Source: Bacteroidota bacterium
Lineage (GTDB): Bacteria; Bacillota; UBA4882; JAAYXC01
Reading direction: 5' to 3'
DNA length: 64,000 nt
Assembly: GCA_050260415.1 (NCBI GenBank)
Contig: JBLNCE010000111.1
Coordinates: forward strand, 41,798 to 105,797
Part shown: one piece after another, positions 61,067-64,000 of the stretch
Numbering within the stretch: the stretch's first letter is position 1
Layout: every line of letters begins with the position of its first letter
The notes under the pieces: generated by a model
What the model was told of the DNA's origin: nothing
Databases searched by the model: none
What the model saw: only the letters and a program-made list of their open reading frames with translations
Position numbers and translations under genes: made by a program

Positions 61067-63052
61067 ATGGATCGCCACCTGCATCAGGATGACCCGATTT
61101 GCATCACGGTACACCCGCGGGCCGATACCGCATTGCAAGCGCTGGCGGGAGGGATGCCGCCGGCCGATTTCGTCGCCCAACAGCTTACGGCCAGCGCCTG
61201 GGGATATGCCAGCGGGGACCATCTGCGTCTCATGACCAGGGCTTTTACAGCCGTCGTCAAGCTCATCGATAATCCAGGCGCGGCGGTTTCTTTGGAGGTC
61301 GAGGAGATCGAGCGTACCCTGCCGATGGATCTCAGTATGGCTTTTCGTGAAGGGTACAAGATCACCGCGACCTGGGTAACCGATGCCAACGCTCAAGGCG
61401 CGGGTACGGGCGCGCGTACGCTCTGGTCCAAAATGCGCATGGAATACCCCCTCGCACAAAACGACGGGTCGATCCCGGCCGCAAGCGCCGAAGAAGCCGC
61501 GGCTTCAGAACCGGCCTCGGCGGTGCCGGAAGAGATCCTGCCGCAAAAGGAGATCGATCGCCTGATCGCATCGTTGACGCGAAAGGATCCCCCGCAGGCG
61601 GCGGACGGTCCCCAGGCCGGTTCCTCCCCCACATTCGTTTCGGACGGGTTCAACGCGTACACGAGCATTCCTCCGGCCGAGGAGCGCAAGCGGGATATGG
61701 AACCAAATCCGCCGCCGTCGCCCATGGAGTTCCCTGCGGGCAACGATGAACCGTTGGCCAGAGACGCTGTCACATCGCTGCCTGAGCCCAAGCTGGAAGT
61801 GAGTCAAGATTTCTGGCTGCAACTGGGTAACGAGCCGGTAACTTCCTCACCGCCATATACCCAAGCAGCCTCACCCGCGCCGCCCGCGACAGCAATCCAA
61901 GCCGGCGATGCCTACACGGGCTTGGTTATGGGACATCCATACGTCGTCATCCTTTTTGAAGAACAAGAGCCTTTTGCCCACGCATGCGAGGTATTGAAGG
62001 AAACCAGTGGGGGTACATTGCTCGCCATCTGGCGGGAACAGGCCATTGAAGCCAGGCTGGGGGAAAAGCTCCGCCGCCGCCTCGAATCGATCAGGACGAA
62101 ATACCGTGCCGCCGCCGCAAATCTGGAAGCCTCCATCACCCGTCTGCGACAATACGAACAATTGCTGCCCAATCTCGATAAATACCGCGCGCAACTGGAA
62201 GCTTTATCCGTCGAACTTGAGAAAGTCACCGCCGAGATGCGCAATCTCCGTCTCAAACAGCTTCTAGGCACGCATGATGGGCAAGTGCTCTCAAAGAGGG
62301 TCTTTGGTGTTGAGGCAAGAAGGCAGAAAGCCCTAATCATCATGGCAAGAGCCGGTTATGCGGTGACCAGACGGGCCCACTGCAACTGGCGAGGCCGCGC
62401 TCGTTTTCGCCGCGCTACCACCAGGTTTCTGCGCCTGCAACGGGAGCTGGAAACGTGTTTTGAACGCCTGACAACCCTTGAAGGAGAGGTTCAGAGAAGG
62501 CTCGAATATCAAGCTGACTGGCAGGCAATGGTGAAGCGGAAGGTCAAATTGCAGCGGGAACAGGAAGAGATTACCCGTTTCATGAAGGCGGCCACGCTCA
62601 CCGGTCAAGGCGGGCCACCCAGCAATCCGGCGGATGTACCGCAATGGTTCAAGGCGCAATGGGAGAGTGTCCGGAGCCGCGAGAAGCTCCTGCATACATG
62701 GCTGAACTACCTGAACGAGGACAACGCGTGGTCTTTGCGAACGAACGAAGAACCCGTGGTAATCCTCGGGGATGCGTCGTTGCTTTCAAGACCGCGGCTT
62801 TCACTCGGCGCGCATCTCGTGCTCATTGGCCGCCAACATACGGCCTGGTTTGAAAGGGTGCCTGAAGACTGCGCCTCCTGGGTCATGCTTGATGGCAATT
62901 TCAGGAATCTAGGTTCAGGGGAAGGGATCGGTACGCCATCGGACTTCCTGGCCGTCTTATTGGGCGAATTGGCCAGGGAAGGCGGTCTGGAGCTTGAGGA
63001 AGCAAAGCGCGTCTTGGGTCTGGTCGATCGCGATCCCGACAACGTCCCATGA
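61067..63052 (+). CDS. uncharacterised 661-aa protein (globular N-domain, Pro/Ala/Ser-rich linker, long coiled coil, C-terminal domain)
   Basis: A single long ORF with coding-like composition and AAGGAGA upstream. No family recognised. Confidence 0.7.
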   Translation: MDRHLHQDDPICITVHPRADTALQALAGGMPPADFVAQQLTASAWGYASGDHLRLMTRAFTAVVKLIDNPGAAVSLEVEEIERTLPMDLSMAFREGYKITATWVTDANAQGAGTGARTLWSKMRMEYPLAQNDGSIPAASAEEAAASEPASAVPEEILPQKEIDRLIASLTRKDPPQAADGPQAGSSPTFVSDGFNAYTSIPPAEERKRDMEPNPPPSPMEFPAGNDEPLARDAVTSLPEPKLEVSQDFWLQLGNEPVTSSPPYTQAASPAPPATAIQAGDAYTGLVMGHPYVVILFEEQEPFAHACEVLKETSGGTLLAIWREQAIEARLGEKLRRRLESIRTKYRAAAANLEASITRLRQYEQLLPNLDKYRAQLEALSVELEKVTAEMRNLRLKQLLGTHDGQVLSKRVFGVEARRQKALIIMARAGYAVTRRAHCNWRGRARFRRATTRFLRLQRELETCFERLTTLEGEVQRRLEYQADWQAMVKRKVKLQREQEEITRFMKAATLTGQGGPPSNPADVPQWFKAQWESVRSREKLLHTWLNYLNEDNAWSLRTNEEPVVILGDASLLSRPRLSLGAHLVLIGRQHTAWFERVPEDCASWVMLDGNFRNLGSGEGIGTPSDFLAVLLGELAREGGLELEEAKRVLGLVDRDPDNVP

Positions 63053-63082
63053 AACCGAACACGAAAGTTATACTTTGGAGGG

Positions 63083-63466
63083 ATGGAATTGCAGGGTGCA
63101 TTCGTCATTGACTTGGCCGGTAGGCTGCTTATGGCCGCCGTTCTCTGTTTCTGGCTCTACCGCGATTCGCGCAGTCGCGATTTTTCCTGGCTCATGTGGA
63201 CACTCGCCCCCGCGATGCTGGTTTTTCTCGGCAGGCTTGCCTGGGTCCCCGCCGGACTGGTGATCATCGGCGCTTACCTTGGTACTAGACCGAAGGGCAA
63301 GTTGTTGGCCTGCCCCCATTGCAAGAAGAACGTCCACGAAGAACTCGCTTTTTGCGCATTCTGCCGGCGCTCGGTGAAACGTGAATGCATCAGATGCCAT
63401 CGAACCGTTCCATGGGATGCCGTGAGCTGCCCTCACTGCCGCTCGACTGCCCTAACGGACAGCTGA
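63083..63466 (+). CDS. membrane protein with C-terminal double zinc ribbon
   Basis: Two N-terminal TM segments containing a WLYRDSRSR motif (like the PLD N-terminal small membrane domain), then CPHC..CAFC..CIRC..CPHC. The start could be TTG 63089. Confidence 0.7.
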   Translation: MELQGAFVIDLAGRLLMAAVLCFWLYRDSRSRDFSWLMWTLAPAMLVFLGRLAWVPAGLVIIGAYLGTRPKGKLLACPHCKKNVHEELAFCAFCRRSVKRECIRCHRTVPWDAVSCPHCRSTALTDS

Positions 63467-63505
63467 CGAAGACTTCGTCCAAGCTGGGGACGTGGAGGCC
63501 AGGGC

Positions 63506-64000
63506 ATGAGCGACCATTCACTCCGGATTGAGGACTTGTTGAACAAGCTTAATAAGCTCAAAGAGGCGCTCTTGGCATCATCGCTTGCCGATGATCGGCG
63601 CGAGGCGCTCTTGGAGTCTTTACAACGCGAGATCGTCGATTTGCTTACCGTCACTTATGCCGAAGGGGACACTACGGTCAGACGGAGTTCGATCTATGGA
63701 CTGAGCAGGATAAAACCAGAACTTGCGGTGGGAACGTTTCTCAAAGCCCTCCGCGATGAGGATGACCATGTGCGCGGCTGGGCGGCGGAGGGTCTTGGAC
63801 GCGCCCTGGACCCCAACACGGTACCTGCTTTGATCAGATCCATGGGTGACGACAATCATTACGTGTGCTTTAGCGCGGCCAATGCACTGCGCCGCTTCGG
63901 GGTGGAACGCATCCTGCAGCCGCTTTCGGTCGCGGTTTTTGCCCCCGAGGTAGGGATAAGACGGCGCGCCTGCAAACTCCTGGGGGAACTGGGCGATAAA
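63506..64000 (+). CDS. HEAT-repeat protein, 3' end outside window (absent from ORF track)
   Basis: My own translation from ATG 63506 (7 nt after GTGGAGG) is open to the window end. It reads MSDHSLRIEDLLNKL... with repeats VRRSSIYGLSRI, DDHVRGWAAEGLGRALDPNTVPALIRSMGDDNHYVCFSAANALRRFG and GIRRRACKLLGELGD. Confidence 0.7.
   Translation, partial: MSDHSLRIEDLLNKLNKLKEALLASSLADDRREALLESLQREIVDLLTVTYAEGDTTVRRSSIYGLSRIKPELAVGTFLKALRDEDDHVRGWAAEGLGRALDPNTVPALIRSMGDDNHYVCFSAANALRRFGVERILQPLSVAVFAPEVGIRRRACKLLGELGDK

Noticed and set aside
63433-63859. Two short minus-strand ORFs (63433-63654 and 63620-63859)
   Set aside because: They are antisense to a clear HEAT-repeat reading frame on the + strand with an SD-supported ATG at 63506.

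Overview
This 64-kb window looks like core chromosome from a high-G+C, endospore-forming Bacillota-type bacterium. That is an inference from SpoIVA, a SpoIVFA/SpoIVFB pair, a GerA-type germinant receptor operon, CIRCE-groESL, and two conserved gene orders: der-plsY-gpsA-spoIVA-hup and rpsB-tsf-pyrH-frr-uppS-cdsA-dxr-rseP-ispG-proS. I support about 65 protein-coding genes (nearly all on the + strand), one tRNA-Pro(UGG) with its own promoter and terminator, several sigma-A-type promoters, a canonical CIRCE operator, intrinsic terminators, one probable pseudogene and two small dispersed repeat families. I found no CRISPR array, rRNA, transposase, integrase or prophage module. Many long antisense ORFs in the track are artefacts of high G+C, and several track ORFs carry spurious N-terminal extensions; I re-set those starts using Shine-Dalgarno spacing. 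The best candidate for an undescribed system is a co-directional cluster of four uncharacterised genes at 59.5-64 kb: a membrane NERD-like/SH3b protein, a 661-aa coiled-coil protein, a membrane double zinc-ribbon protein and a HEAT-repeat protein that is missing from the ORF track. Secondary points are two distant paralogues of a small unknown protein family, a DUF512 gene whose conserved N-terminus has no canonical start codon, a ferritin-like remnant with an in-frame TAG, nested-palindrome REP-like elements, a roughly 75-nt dispersed repeat, and repeated TTGA stop/start overlaps. All family assignments rest on motif recognition by eye; no database search was run.
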